The notes: generated by a model from the letters alone, not told the origin. Positions 9,412 through 19,484 are shown, counted from the first letter of the stretch. The stretch: DNA of 64,000 nt from Candidatus Latescibacterota bacterium (GCA_965206595.1 OZ242214.1:4576001-4640000), one strand, 5' to 3'. A program made the numbers and translations.

Positions 9412-10154
9412 AAGTCTGCCTCCGCGTTGTCCAGGGGGGCGAAGCCGAGTCGGGCTACCGTGTCCCCGAGATCGAAGACGCGGCGGTCGTTGGCGCTGAT
9501 CGCGTAGGCGAGCAGGAACCGCGCGTCGACCTCGAGGGCGCGGCGGAAGGCCTGCACGCAGTCCTGGTGACTGAGGTGCATGGCCCGCATGTAGTCCTCG
9601 GCCGCGGTTCCCCGCATCAGGGCGGCGTCGTTCTGCTTCGTGATCCAGCCGATGCGCAGGCCGATGAAACGGAGTCCATGCCTCTCGCTGAAGTACTTGC
9701 CGAGGTTCTCGCCGAACAGCTTCGAAACGGCGTAGAGGGAGTCGGGATTCGGGGGGTCGGTCAGGCGCAGGTTTCTTCTTTTGGCAGGGTCCAGTGTTTC
9801 CGGGGTAGTGGCGATGGTGTCGCCGTGCTGTGTGTGGTTGGTGGTCGCGAAAACGATGCGCTCGACGCCGCTGTTGCGGCACTCCTCGAATACCTGGTAG
9901 GTCGCTTCGATGTTGTTGTCGCGGACCGAATCCCACATTGCGCCCGGATTCGGATCGGCGGCGAGGTGGATGACCGCGTCCAGTCCTCCAAAGATGCCCT
10001 GTACCTGGCCGGCCTCTGCCAGGTCGACAACGAACGCGGTGCGCGGACCTTCCTCGCGGTCGAAGCCGATGACCTCGTAGTCTTCGCCGAGGCCGGTGGC
10101 GAGCACGCCGCCGATGGTGCCGTTGGCGCCGGTTATTCCAATCCGCTTAGCCAA
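9408..10154 (-). CDS. NAD-dependent epimerase/dehydratase (uronate dehydrogenase-like)
   Basis: ITGANGTIG, IHLAA, PDSLYAVSKLFGE, LRIG; TTG start preceded by GGAAAGGA. Confidence 0.85.
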   Translation of the reverse strand: MAKRIGITGANGTIGGVLATGLGEDYEVIGFDREEGPRTAFVVDLAEAGQVQGIFGGLDAVIHLAADPNPGAMWDSVRDNNIEATYQVFEECRNSGVERIVFATTNHTQHGDTIATTPETLDPAKRRNLRLTDPPNPDSLYAVSKLFGENLGKYFSERHGLRFIGLRIGWITKQNDAALMRGTAAEDYMRAMHLSHQDCVQAFRRALEVDARFLLAYAISANDRRVFDLGDTVARLGFAPLDNAEADF

Positions 10155-10463
10155 TGAAGGTTCCTTTCCGAGCCGGGGGAGAGCTGCCTTGACGGTTGTG
10201 CCAATGTAGCGATTCGCCCCTCTGCCGCAACGAATCAGCCCCGGGGTGCGCTGGCGGCCGGGTTTGTTGCCAGGGGTGGGGGATTGCGCAACCTTACCAG
10301 CGTTTTCCGGGGGCATGCTGATGTTTTGGGCGTGCTGGTCTCCACCATATCCGTTGCACAATCCGTTCGTACGCCTGTCTTCGGGACAGGGCGCCGGGAT
10401 TGTCTTTGCTGCTTGTGATTCCGTTCTCACACCTGCCTCTGCTTCGAACCAAAGGAGGTCCAT

Positions 10464-11039
10464 ATGACCGTTCACACACCGCGTTCATTCATGACTGCGG
10501 AAGAGCTGTTCGATCTGGCGGATGACGGCGGTCGATTTGAGCTGGTAGAAGGAGACCTTGTCCACATGACCCCGACCGGCGGCACACATGGCGCACTGAC
10601 GGTTCGCATAGGGCGCCTGCTCGACGAGTACGTAGAAGCGCACGACCTCGGCGTCTGCTGCGGCGCCGAGACCGGGTTCATTCTCCAGCGGGAACCCGAT
10701 ACGGTGCGCGCCCCGGACCTCGCCGTCGTGGTGAAATCCCGCGTTCCATCCACGGGCATCCCCGGCACCTACTGGCCGTTCGCTCCCGACCTCGCCGTCG
10801 AAGTCGTTTCCCCGTCGGACCGCCTGGCCGACGTTCACGTCAAGATTGCCGAGTACTTCGCGGCCGGGACCCGCCTGGTCTGGCTCCTGGAACCCGAAAC
10901 CCGAATGGTCCACGTATACCGTTCCCTGCAGCACGTCGAAGTAGTGGGAACGGAGGAGGACCTCGATGGCGGCGATGTGCTGCCTGGGTTCAGCTGTCCG
11001 GTGCGGCGACTTTTTCCTTCGGACCGTTCGTCGCGATGA
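10464..11039 (+). CDS. Uma2 (DUF820) family PD-(D/E)xK-fold protein
   Basis: MTAEEL...FELVEGDL, RAPDLA, APDLAVEVVSPSD, YFAAGTRLVW, DVLPGF; AAAGGAGG RBS. Confidence 0.92.
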   Translation: MTVHTPRSFMTAEELFDLADDGGRFELVEGDLVHMTPTGGTHGALTVRIGRLLDEYVEAHDLGVCCGAETGFILQREPDTVRAPDLAVVVKSRVPSTGIPGTYWPFAPDLAVEVVSPSDRLADVHVKIAEYFAAGTRLVWLLEPETRMVHVYRSLQHVEVVGTEEDLDGGDVLPGFSCPVRRLFPSDRSSR

Positions 11040-12290
11040 GCTTCGAATTCGCTCTCTCGCCTGCCTTCGTCAAGTACTACTGCATTGGTATTGGCGTATT
11101 CCTGGTTGTTTCCGTCTTGCTGCTGGTCTGGCAACTCGGTCCGCTGTGGTTCAAGCTGCGCCGAGTAAAAGGAGACCTGAAGAATCTGAATGGAGAAGAA
11201 GGATTTGCCAGGGGCTTCGAAGGCTATGATCGCAAGGTCAAAGAGATCCTTGGCCTGCCGTGGACGGAATTCGTGGAGACTTTGGTTCTACCTGAATCTG
11301 AGTCTGATGATCCGATTCGCAACACCAGCGAGGTTTCTCGGTACCTCAACGACGCCACCATCGTTTCTCCCAAGATTTCTTCAGGTTTCTACCAAGCTGT
11401 ACCAAATCTGCTGACCGGCGTCGGCATCCTCGGTACGTTCCTCGGTCTGGCCGCCGGGGTCGGTGCGGCAAGTTCCGGTCTTTCTTCCAGCAAACCCGCT
11501 GAGATCACCGCGGCTCTACAGCAGCTTCTGGGTGGGGCATCCCTGGCGTTCTGGACGTCCATTGCCGGTATCTCCGCATCCATCCTGTTCGTGTTAGTCG
11601 AACGCTTTTCCTCGCGACGTCTCCACGTTGAACTCGACAAGTGGGTCGGAGCCATCGAATCCCGGCTCGAGCGCGTCACGTCGGAAGGCGTCGCTCTAAA
11701 ACAACTCGACCAAGCGCAACGCGCGACGACGCAACTCGAACGATTCAACTCCGAGTTGATATTCTCTCTTGAACAGGCGCTCGAGGAGAAGATCGCGGGC
11801 CGTCTGTCCCCGCAACTCGAGCGGCTCCTGGAAGCGGTCGAAGGACTACGCGAGGATCGGGCAACCGACAGCGGTCAGATGATCGAACAGGCGCTTGTCC
11901 GGTTCACCGATGCGCTTCAGGAAAGGACCGGCTCGCAGTTCGAGGATATGGCGGCAACCGTCGAAGCCCTGAATCGCACCCTGAAAGAATCCGCCGACGC
12001 CCAGGCGCAAACGCAGCGCGATGTCCGCGGCGCGCTCGATTCGGTCCTGAATGCAGTCAGGACTGCAATGGATACCGGCGCCACGGCCATGACCGAGACG
12101 TTGCAACAGTCACTGGGTGAGGTAACCGGTGTTCTCGCCAGCGCGTCGGAACAACTGGCGAATCGGCTTACCGCTTCCACCAATGCCGCCGCGGACGAAC
12201 TCAGGAGCACGCTCGGTTCCGCCAGCCAGGAGTTGGCCAGGACAGGCACTGAAGCCGCATCGAAGATCACTGGTTCGTTACAGGGCCTGC
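11036..12290 (+). pseudogene. zorA: Truncated ZorA-like protein (Zorya anti-phage membrane subunit)
   Basis: MotA/ExbB-like TM pair PNLLTGVGILGTFLGL and AFWTSIAGI followed by a long helical tail that turns abruptly into unrelated sequence at about 12290. Confidence 0.72.
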
Positions 12291-12291
12291 T

Positions 12292-13129
12292 TTTTCATTA
12301 TCCGAGGACGTGCTTGTCATCAACGGGACGGTGGCCGGCAGGATCCGCAAAGCCCGGGTCGACACGTTCCAAGACCGGGCCGGGTTCGACGTAATGATTC
12401 TGTCCCCGCGTGCCGGCGGCGTCGGACTGACACTAACGGCAGCAAACCATGTCATTCACCTCTCGCGCTGGTGGAACCCGGCGGTCGAGGATCAGTGTAC
12501 CGACAGGGTCTTTCGTATCGGCCAGCGGCGGACGGTGCACGTGTACCTGCCCATCGCTCGTCACCCGGACTTCGGAGACTACAGCTTCGACATCAAGCTC
12601 GACAGCCTGATGGAGGTAAAGCGGGAGACCAACCGTCGCGTGCTCGCGCCGACCGCGGCGACGAAAGCGGACGTGGGTGATCTCTACCGCACCACCATGA
12701 TGGAGGCGCGGGGCAGCGATGCGGCGTCTGACGTACCGTTAGACCAGATCAATATGATGGAGCCGGAGGCCTTCGAACGAATGGGTGCTCGGAGAGCTTG
12801 GCAAGGCCGGCTACGACACCCGGAAAACTCCTCGGAGCGGCGACTGCGGAGCTGACGGCTTGGCAATTTTCGCTACAGGAGGTAATCGGCACACCATCGT
12901 GGTTCAGTGCAAACACACCCAGCAGCAGGACGCCAAGTGCGGCCGGACCGCCGTCGAGGAAGTGCTGCGTTCAATTCCCGCGTACGAAGACGCGATCCAA
13001 GGCGACGCACGGCCAATGGTCGTGACGAATGCGGCCGGCTTCACCAACGATGCCATGCTCTTGGCAAAACGGGAAGGCGTGCAGCTTTTCGCCCGTGACC
13101 GCCTTCGGCAACTCCGATCTGTGAATTAA
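12292..13129 (+). pseudogene. zorD: 3' fragment of an SNF2 helicase with Mrr-like nuclease (ZorD-like), frameshifted
   Basis: Helicase C-terminal motifs [19 protein letters not shown] and [19 protein letters not shown]; one extra base at about 12780 separates it from GDCGADG...VVQCKH...VVTN (Mrr-type); the N-terminal ATPase half is absent. Confidence 0.72.
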
Positions 13130-13148
13130 CTGTCTGCTTTCTCTCAAA

Positions 13149-14642
13149 ATGTCCGAGCCCCCAAATCTCCTCTACATCCACTCCGATCAGCACAGTCCGT
13201 TCGTCTCCGGCTGTTACGGCGACCCGCTGGTGCGGACGCCCCATCTCGATGCCCTGGCAGCGGAGGGGGTCCTGCTCGAAAACGCGTACTGCCCCTCGCC
13301 GATCTGCGTGCCGTCGCGGATGTCGATGCTCAGTGGCCGGCACCCGTTCGAAAACCGCGTCTGGACCAACAGCCACATCCTCAGCTCGGCGATACCGACG
13401 CTCGCCCACGCCATGGGAGCGGCCGGGTACCGGCCGCTGCTGGTCGGGCGCATGCATGCGCTGGGGTCGGACCAGCTTCACGGCTACGCCGAGCGCCTCG
13501 TGGGAGATCACGGGCCCAACCACCTCGGAGGCGAGGGCGGTGCCGACCGCGGCGATCTCCAGGGCTGCGCCGGCCCGGCCCGCATCAGTCTGACCAACTC
13601 GGGGCCGGGCCAGAGCTCCTACCAGGTCCACGACGAAGACGTCACCGCGGCGACGGTCGACTACCTGAACCGCCTCGGAGTGAAGAGGCGTGCCGGGGTG
13701 GACGGCTCCCCGTTCTCGATATCGGTCGGGTTCATGCTGCCGCACCAGCCGTTCGTGGCGCGCCGCGAGGATTACGAGCTGTACGACGGGCGCATGACGA
13801 TGCCGCGCACCCCGGAGCCGTTCGGCGACCACCTGCATCCCCACATTGCCCGCTGGCGGCAGGATACCGGCACCGTCGAGGTTCCCGACGAGGAAATACT
13901 TCGTGCGCGCACGGCGTACTGGGCGCTGGTTACGCGGATGGACGCGATGATCGGCGAGATTTTCGAGGCTCTGCGCCGCAACGACCTGGCCGGCAACACC
14001 CTGATCCTCTACACCTCCGACCACGGCGAGCAGGCCGGCGAGCACGGACTCTGGTGGAAACAGACGTTCTACGAAGACTCGGTGAAAGTCCCGGCCATAC
14101 TGGCCTGGCCCGGTGGGCTGCCGCAAGGAGGGCGCTGCGATCGCGTCGTCAGCTCGCTCGATCTCAACGCGACCATGCTCGAGGCCCTCGGGGCGCCGCC
14201 GCTGCCCTACTCGCGCGGACGCAGCATGCTGGCGCTGCTGCGCGACCCCGAGGCTCCCTGGGAAGACGTCGCCTACTCGGAGTTCTGCCTCGACGGCGTG
14301 GGGGCCGGGGGTCCGTTTTCCGGGCACGGGGTGTTCCAGCGCATGATCCGCCGGGGGGAATGGAAGCTCAACTACTACCACGGCATGCCCTGCCAGCTGT
14401 TCAACCTGCGCGACGACCCGCGCGAAATGGAGGACCGCGCCGCCGATCCCGGGTGCGGGGAGATCCGCGACGAGTTGCTCAACCGGGTGCTCCGCGACTG
14501 GGACCCGGAGTGGGTGATGGCCCGCATGGCGGCCCTGCGGGAAGACCAGAAGATCCTCGGGGCCTGGGCGAGGCAGGTGAAGCCGCCGGACCGCTACCGG
14601 TGGCCGCTGCTCAGCGGCATGGATTACCTCGATGAGGACTGA
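13149..14642 (+). CDS. Formylglycine-dependent sulfatase (choline-sulfatase-like)
   Basis: PNLLYIHSDQH, CVPSR (CxPxR), GRMH, YTSDHG. Confidence 0.92.
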   Translation: MSEPPNLLYIHSDQHSPFVSGCYGDPLVRTPHLDALAAEGVLLENAYCPSPICVPSRMSMLSGRHPFENRVWTNSHILSSAIPTLAHAMGAAGYRPLLVGRMHALGSDQLHGYAERLVGDHGPNHLGGEGGADRGDLQGCAGPARISLTNSGPGQSSYQVHDEDVTAATVDYLNRLGVKRRAGVDGSPFSISVGFMLPHQPFVARREDYELYDGRMTMPRTPEPFGDHLHPHIARWRQDTGTVEVPDEEILRARTAYWALVTRMDAMIGEIFEALRRNDLAGNTLILYTSDHGEQAGEHGLWWKQTFYEDSVKVPAILAWPGGLPQGGRCDRVVSSLDLNATMLEALGAPPLPYSRGRSMLALLRDPEAPWEDVAYSEFCLDGVGAGGPFSGHGVFQRMIRRGEWKLNYYHGMPCQLFNLRDDPREMEDRAADPGCGEIRDELLNRVLRDWDPEWVMARMAALREDQKILGAWARQVKPPDRYRWPLLSGMDYLDED

Positions 14643-14799
14643 CCTTTCTTTTTTTACCTGGGAGGAGTTCAGGAGCCGTCCGTGCGATTATTGCGCTTTA
14701 CCGTAGCAGAAACCGCCTGACCACAGTCAGTTTGCTCTGATATGCTCATTGCCGGCAGGTATCGTCATGCCTTTCGGCCGAACCCTTGGAGACACTCAC

Positions 14800-15453
14800 A
14801 TGGCACTCGAGGTGTACGACTTCCGCAACGACGAGCACATCTGCCAGATGCTGGTGCGTCCCGAGATCCGCTGCCGCTTCATGAGGGCGGAGCCCGGCAC
14901 CGTGCAGACGGTGCAGCACAGCCACGACCTGGGCCACGAGATATTCCTGATCCTGCAGGGACGCTGCGAGTTCCAGGTCTCCGGGGACACCGCGGTGCTG
15001 GGGCCGGGGCAGCTGTGCCTTGCCCTGGCGGACGAACCGCACAAGATCCGCGTCGTCGGCGACGAACCGGTGATCATGTACCTGTCGGTGACGCCCCATA
15101 TCCAGCCGACACATACCGGACGCGACGACGACGGCACCCGGCACCCGTTGAGATTTGCGCCCAACAGCTCGTACGGCGTCGAAACCGACACCGCCACACC
15201 GGCGGCAGAGCTGGTCGACAGTTTCGTCGAGGCCTCGGCAGACTTCGCGCGAACCGTGCGCGCCGCCGCGGACAGACAGACCGAGGTGTCCGTCGAGCTG
15301 AAGGCCGCCCTGGCTGCCGGCGACTACGACAAGGTCGAGGAGCTTCGCGACCAGCTGTGGGAAGGGGTGTACCGGGGATTCAAGGAGATCCACGCGCTCG
15401 GCGATCTGTGGAACACGGTGGCCCCGCGCATCAGCCGCTTCGACGGGAAGTGA
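14800..15453 (+). CDS. Cupin domain protein with C-terminal helical extension
   Basis: HSHDLGHEIFLILQG and GPGQ...EPH cupin motifs; GGAG RBS before ATG 14800. Confidence 0.8.
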   Translation: MALEVYDFRNDEHICQMLVRPEIRCRFMRAEPGTVQTVQHSHDLGHEIFLILQGRCEFQVSGDTAVLGPGQLCLALADEPHKIRVVGDEPVIMYLSVTPHIQPTHTGRDDDGTRHPLRFAPNSSYGVETDTATPAAELVDSFVEASADFARTVRAAADRQTEVSVELKAALAAGDYDKVEELRDQLWEGVYRGFKEIHALGDLWNTVAPRISRFDGK

Positions 15454-15460
15454 GGGGGAC

Positions 15461-16525
15461 ATGCCTGCCATCAGAATCGGTGTCGTCGGCTGCGGCGCGA
15501 TCGCCCAGGTCCACCACCTTCCCAACCTCGCCCTGCTGCAGGACCTTTTCGAGGTCCCGGTGATCTGCGACATCTCACCGGACCTCGCCGAAGCGGTCGC
15601 GGCGCAGTTCCACGTTCCGCGATACGTCACCGACTACCGGGAGCTTCTGGACGCCGGCGTCGACGCCGTGCTGCTGTGCCACGGCGACCCCAAGACCGAG
15701 GCCGGCCTCGCGGTGCTGGAGGCGGGGAAGCACCTGTTCATCGAAAAACCGGTCTGCTTCACCCTGTCGGACGCCGATGCCATGATCACCGCGGCGCGCA
15801 GCGCCGGAGTGGTGGCGCAGGCGGGGTACATGAAGGCCCACGACCCCGCCTTCGAGCTGCTCGCGCGCGAGGTCGGGTCGATGGGGCCGGTTCGCTTCAT
15901 CCAGGTCAACCACCTGCACACCGACAACAGCCATCACCTGGTGCATTTCGGGGTCAGGCGGGCAGGGGGCCTGCCTTCCGCGGCGAACGTCAAGAGGGCG
16001 GACGATGTCGCCGAAGCCCTGGGAAGCGGAATCCCTGAGGAGGCGAGGCGGATCTTCTTCGTCCTCGCTGGCAGCATGATACACGATCTCTACGGTCTGA
16101 GGATTCTGTTCGGGCAGCCGGAGCGGGTCTTGAGCACCGAGGTCTGGAACGGAGGCATGGGGGTAACGGCCATCCTCGCGTACGGTTCGGGAGCCCGCTG
16201 CGCCGCGACCTGGGTGGAGCTTTCGGGGATCAAGGATTTCGTCGAGACCCTCGAGGTCTACAGCGACGACCGCGGCGCCCTGTTGTCGTACCCGACCGGG
16301 TTCTCGCGCGGCATACCGTCGCAGCTCGAAATCCGCGGCGTCGACGGCAGCGGCCGTCCCTTTCGCCGGCAGCCGTTCGTCGACTGGGAGATCCCGTTCG
16401 TGCGCGAACTTCGTCATTTCCACGCCTGCATCGCGGAAGGAGTCGAGTGCCGCACATCGCTGGAGGGGGCGCGGGACGATGTCGCCCTCGTGATCGACAT
16501 CGTGCGCGCCTACCTCGACCGGTGA
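15461..16525 (+). CDS. Gfo/Idh/MocA family oxidoreductase
   Basis: VVGCGAIA, KHLFIEKP, IHDL. Confidence 0.9.
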   Translation: MPAIRIGVVGCGAIAQVHHLPNLALLQDLFEVPVICDISPDLAEAVAAQFHVPRYVTDYRELLDAGVDAVLLCHGDPKTEAGLAVLEAGKHLFIEKPVCFTLSDADAMITAARSAGVVAQAGYMKAHDPAFELLAREVGSMGPVRFIQVNHLHTDNSHHLVHFGVRRAGGLPSAANVKRADDVAEALGSGIPEEARRIFFVLAGSMIHDLYGLRILFGQPERVLSTEVWNGGMGVTAILAYGSGARCAATWVELSGIKDFVETLEVYSDDRGALLSYPTGFSRGIPSQLEIRGVDGSGRPFRRQPFVDWEIPFVRELRHFHACIAEGVECRTSLEGARDDVALVIDIVRAYLDR

Positions 16526-16658
16526 AGGCTCGGCCCGGGGAACGGCACCCACCAGGTCCGAAGCGGTCCAGGTCGAGCAGACGGTGCGGCCGCTGCTTGA
16601 TTTTCTGCGGTTGCCAGCTGATGCCGTGGCACCTGGCAACCGGGATCCGCCTCCTGCC

Positions 16659-17537
16659 TCACCTCCGCTCGCGGGCAGCCACCCAGGCTTCCCGGAACCG
16701 GGCCATGGTCGGGAACCGCTCTGCCGGATCCATGCGGCAGGCCTGTTCGACGACCTCGAACAGGCCGTCGCCGTCGACGAATCTCGCTCGTTCCACTTCT
16801 CCCTGGGCGAGAAAGACCGCGGCGGCGCGCCCCATGGTGAACACCGTGGTACGCTCATCGATGCGGGCCCCCAGCTCGAACTCCTCGGGGGCCATGAATC
16901 GCGACGAGCCGAACATGCGTCCCATGTCGTTGTCGAAGGGACCCTGCCTGTACAGGTCGAGATCGACGAGGTGCACGGCTCTTCGCTCGAAGTCGTAGAT
17001 CACGGAACCGTCGTAGAAGTCGCAGGCGATCCAACCCCGGTCGGCAAGCCGGACGTGGACGTCGAAAATTTCATCCAGGGCAAGCAGAATCCCCTCCGGC
17101 GACTGGTGTACGAACCGGTAGAATGGGGAACCTGGGCGGGTCCGCTCTTCGGGCTCGACCCGCAGTAGCTCGCCGTCGACCCAGTCGTACACGAGCAGGG
17201 GACCATCCGGGGACTCGACGAGGTTGTGAAGGGTCGGCAGGGCCCTGTGAGCGAATGAACGGGCAAGGGACGCGGCGTTGTGCAGGAGGTCGCTCCTGGC
17301 GCGGTGGTCGGCATGTGGGGTGGAGAATTCGGGCTCCCCCGCGGTCTTGACGAAAAACCTCAGCCCGGAGACGTCTACCCCGTACGACACGTTGCCGGAA
17401 TCCTGGGTCGCCTCATCGAAACGGGCGAACAGCTCTCCGCAGGAACCCAGGAAATCGACGGCCCGGAGTGAGATCTCGCTTGCCGTTACCAGCGGCGTCG
17501 AGGGTTCCGGAAGCTTGCTTGAGTCGCTGCTCGTCAT
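16659..17537 (-). CDS. Atypical Ser/Thr protein kinase-like protein
   Basis: FFVK lysine, GWIACDFYDGSVIYD catalytic-loop variant, VDLD, GSSRFMAPEEF. Confidence 0.75.
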   Translation of the reverse strand: MTSSDSSKLPEPSTPLVTASEISLRAVDFLGSCGELFARFDEATQDSGNVSYGVDVSGLRFFVKTAGEPEFSTPHADHRARSDLLHNAASLARSFAHRALPTLHNLVESPDGPLLVYDWVDGELLRVEPEERTRPGSPFYRFVHQSPEGILLALDEIFDVHVRLADRGWIACDFYDGSVIYDFERRAVHLVDLDLYRQGPFDNDMGRMFGSSRFMAPEEFELGARIDERTTVFTMGRAAAVFLAQGEVERARFVDGDGLFEVVEQACRMDPAERFPTMARFREAWVAARERR

Positions 17538-17662
17538 TTCACCCGATTCCGGGGGCGTTGATGCGGAAGATCATGGCGCCGGAGCACTGCGGGGAGGCAT
17601 CGGCTTGACCCATCCTCTTTGAGAGCGGGAGCGGTATCGCTTCGGTACGGCGCTTCCTGCCC

Positions 17663-19213
17663 TCACTCCCAGATCGAGTTCATCTGCCAGGCGTCGAGCG
17701 ACCTGAGCCAGGCCTCGCTCCCCTGGGCGCGCAGCGATACCCCGATGCTGTCGGCGCGCTCCGGATAGACGCGTACCGCCAGGCACTGCCTGCCGTTTGC
17801 GAACAGCTCGACCACGCTGCGGTCGACGAACACCCGCAGCTCGAGAAGCTCCCCGTCGCCGAGCAGCACCGGGGCGGTTTCCGGGGCCCGGGAGAGTACA
17901 TCGGGGGCGACCGAGGAGTAGGAGGAATCGATGGTCAGCAGGCTCTGCCGGGCGTCCATGCCGAAAACCCGCCGCAGGGAAAAGCCGCGGTCCCTGAAGA
18001 AGGCGATGCGCGTGAACTCCTCGCGGTCCGGGGAGCGCAGCAGGTTCAGCTCGACCATGGGGGCCTCGCGCGGATCGATTTCCGCGATGATCTCGAGCGC
18101 GTTTCCCGCCACCGAGTCGAGCACGATTTCCCGGTTGGCCGGCAGGCTCATGTTCTCGATCCGCTCGTGGAACCCGCGCACCGACTCGATGTCGCCGGCC
18201 GGGGTCATCGAGAGATCGTCGCCGTCGACGGACAGCCGCCTCGGCAGCGTCATGATCTGATCCCAGCCCTCCGTCGGCTTGCCCGGGTTCATGTTGAATA
18301 TGACGATCACGTCCCCGCTTCCGTCGGGGGTGGCCGACGGCGCGTGCACCCCTGAAGGGGTGGAGGCGCCGAAGTTGAACTTCTGTCCGTGGGTGACGAC
18401 GAACTTGTCCCGCTCGCGGTCGTAGTCGCCGAGCAAGTACTGGCCGCCGCTCATGTGGCTGAAGAAGAGGAGGATATGGCGGTCGCCGAGCGGCCAGAAG
18501 TAGGGGCAGGCGCCGTCGTCACCGACGAGGGTGAAGGCGTCGTCCTCGACGAAGGGGTGCAGGTACTCCCAGTGCTCGAGGTCGTCCGAACGCAGCAGGA
18601 AGTTTGCGCGCACCGGTTTTCCCGCGGGTCCCTCCGGCTTGGTCCCGGCCGACAGCGAGTAGTAGGTGCCGTCCTTCTTCCAGATGCAGGGGTCGAACAC
18701 CCTGTACGGCAGCTGGGAACCGTCGGGGGCCCGAATCGGGATCACCGCCCTGTCTGCCACCTTCTCCCAGTTGAGCAGCAGCGGATCGCTCGAAACCGCG
18801 ACCATGTTGCCGGCCTGCGTGCCGTGGTAGATGGCGATGACGCGGTCCTCCTCGACCAGGGTGGCCCCGGAGAAGCACCTCTCCTCCGGGTCGGGGTAGA
18901 TGCAGTAGGGCAGGTCGCGCCAGTGGATGAGGTCGTCGGAGACGGCGTGGCCCCAGTGCTGGCGGGTGTCCTCTGGCGGGTAGGCCTGGTAGAACAGGTG
19001 CCAGCGGTCCTGCCAGCGGCAGAGGCCGTTCGGATCGTTCAGCATCGCCTCGGGATTGACGTAGTGGTAGAGCGGCCGGTGGGGGTCCCCGGCGTAGGTC
19101 TGGCGCGACGCGAGCAACCGCTGCATCAGCGGGTTGGAGGCCAGGGCCGCTTCCTGCTCCGCGAGGGTGTCGGGGAACCTGTACCGGGGAACCTTCGATG
19201 TGAGATCGGTCAT
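17663..19213 (-). CDS. Glycoside hydrolase family 32-like protein
   Basis: RPLYH, MLNDPNG, HLFYQ, WGHAVSDDLIHW, FSG, FDP and a C-terminal beta-sandwich (VDRSVVELF). Confidence 0.88.
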   Translation of the reverse strand: MTDLTSKVPRYRFPDTLAEQEAALASNPLMQRLLASRQTYAGDPHRPLYHYVNPEAMLNDPNGLCRWQDRWHLFYQAYPPEDTRQHWGHAVSDDLIHWRDLPYCIYPDPEERCFSGATLVEEDRVIAIYHGTQAGNMVAVSSDPLLLNWEKVADRAVIPIRAPDGSQLPYRVFDPCIWKKDGTYYSLSAGTKPEGPAGKPVRANFLLRSDDLEHWEYLHPFVEDDAFTLVGDDGACPYFWPLGDRHILLFFSHMSGGQYLLGDYDRERDKFVVTHGQKFNFGASTPSGVHAPSATPDGSGDVIVIFNMNPGKPTEGWDQIMTLPRRLSVDGDDLSMTPAGDIESVRGFHERIENMSLPANREIVLDSVAGNALEIIAEIDPREAPMVELNLLRSPDREEFTRIAFFRDRGFSLRRVFGMDARQSLLTIDSSYSSVAPDVLSRAPETAPVLLGDGELLELRVFVDRSVVELFANGRQCLAVRVYPERADSIGVSLRAQGSEAWLRSLDAWQMNSIWE

Positions 19214-19484
19214 CTTCTGCTCCTGTTTGGTATTGCTGCTTTCAGCGGGTGGTTTGGGAATTCGCGGACGCTTATACCGGTTCGCTACCGGTTGCGCCCG
19301 GGCCTCCGGGAGATCGGGAAGTTGAGGCTGGCCTCGTGCCCCCACCAGATTCTAACCGGACACGCCGTCCATTTCCGACCGGTTCTCTCGGCAGCGCGTC
19401 CAGCAGGGTACGCCTTGCAAACCAGCTCCCGGGGGATATCTGAATTGCGGCCCCCCAACACGGGAATCGCCGGGCATGCGATGC

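Noticed and set aside
10464-11039. Uma2 protein as a Zorya component
   Set aside because: It overlaps the zorA start, but Uma2 genes are commonly scattered in many copies; a single instance does not support functional linkage
11036-12394. Flagellar MotA or ExbB/TolQ call
   Set aside because: The long helical tail, absence of motB/exbD and adjacency to an SNF2-Mrr fragment fit ZorA better
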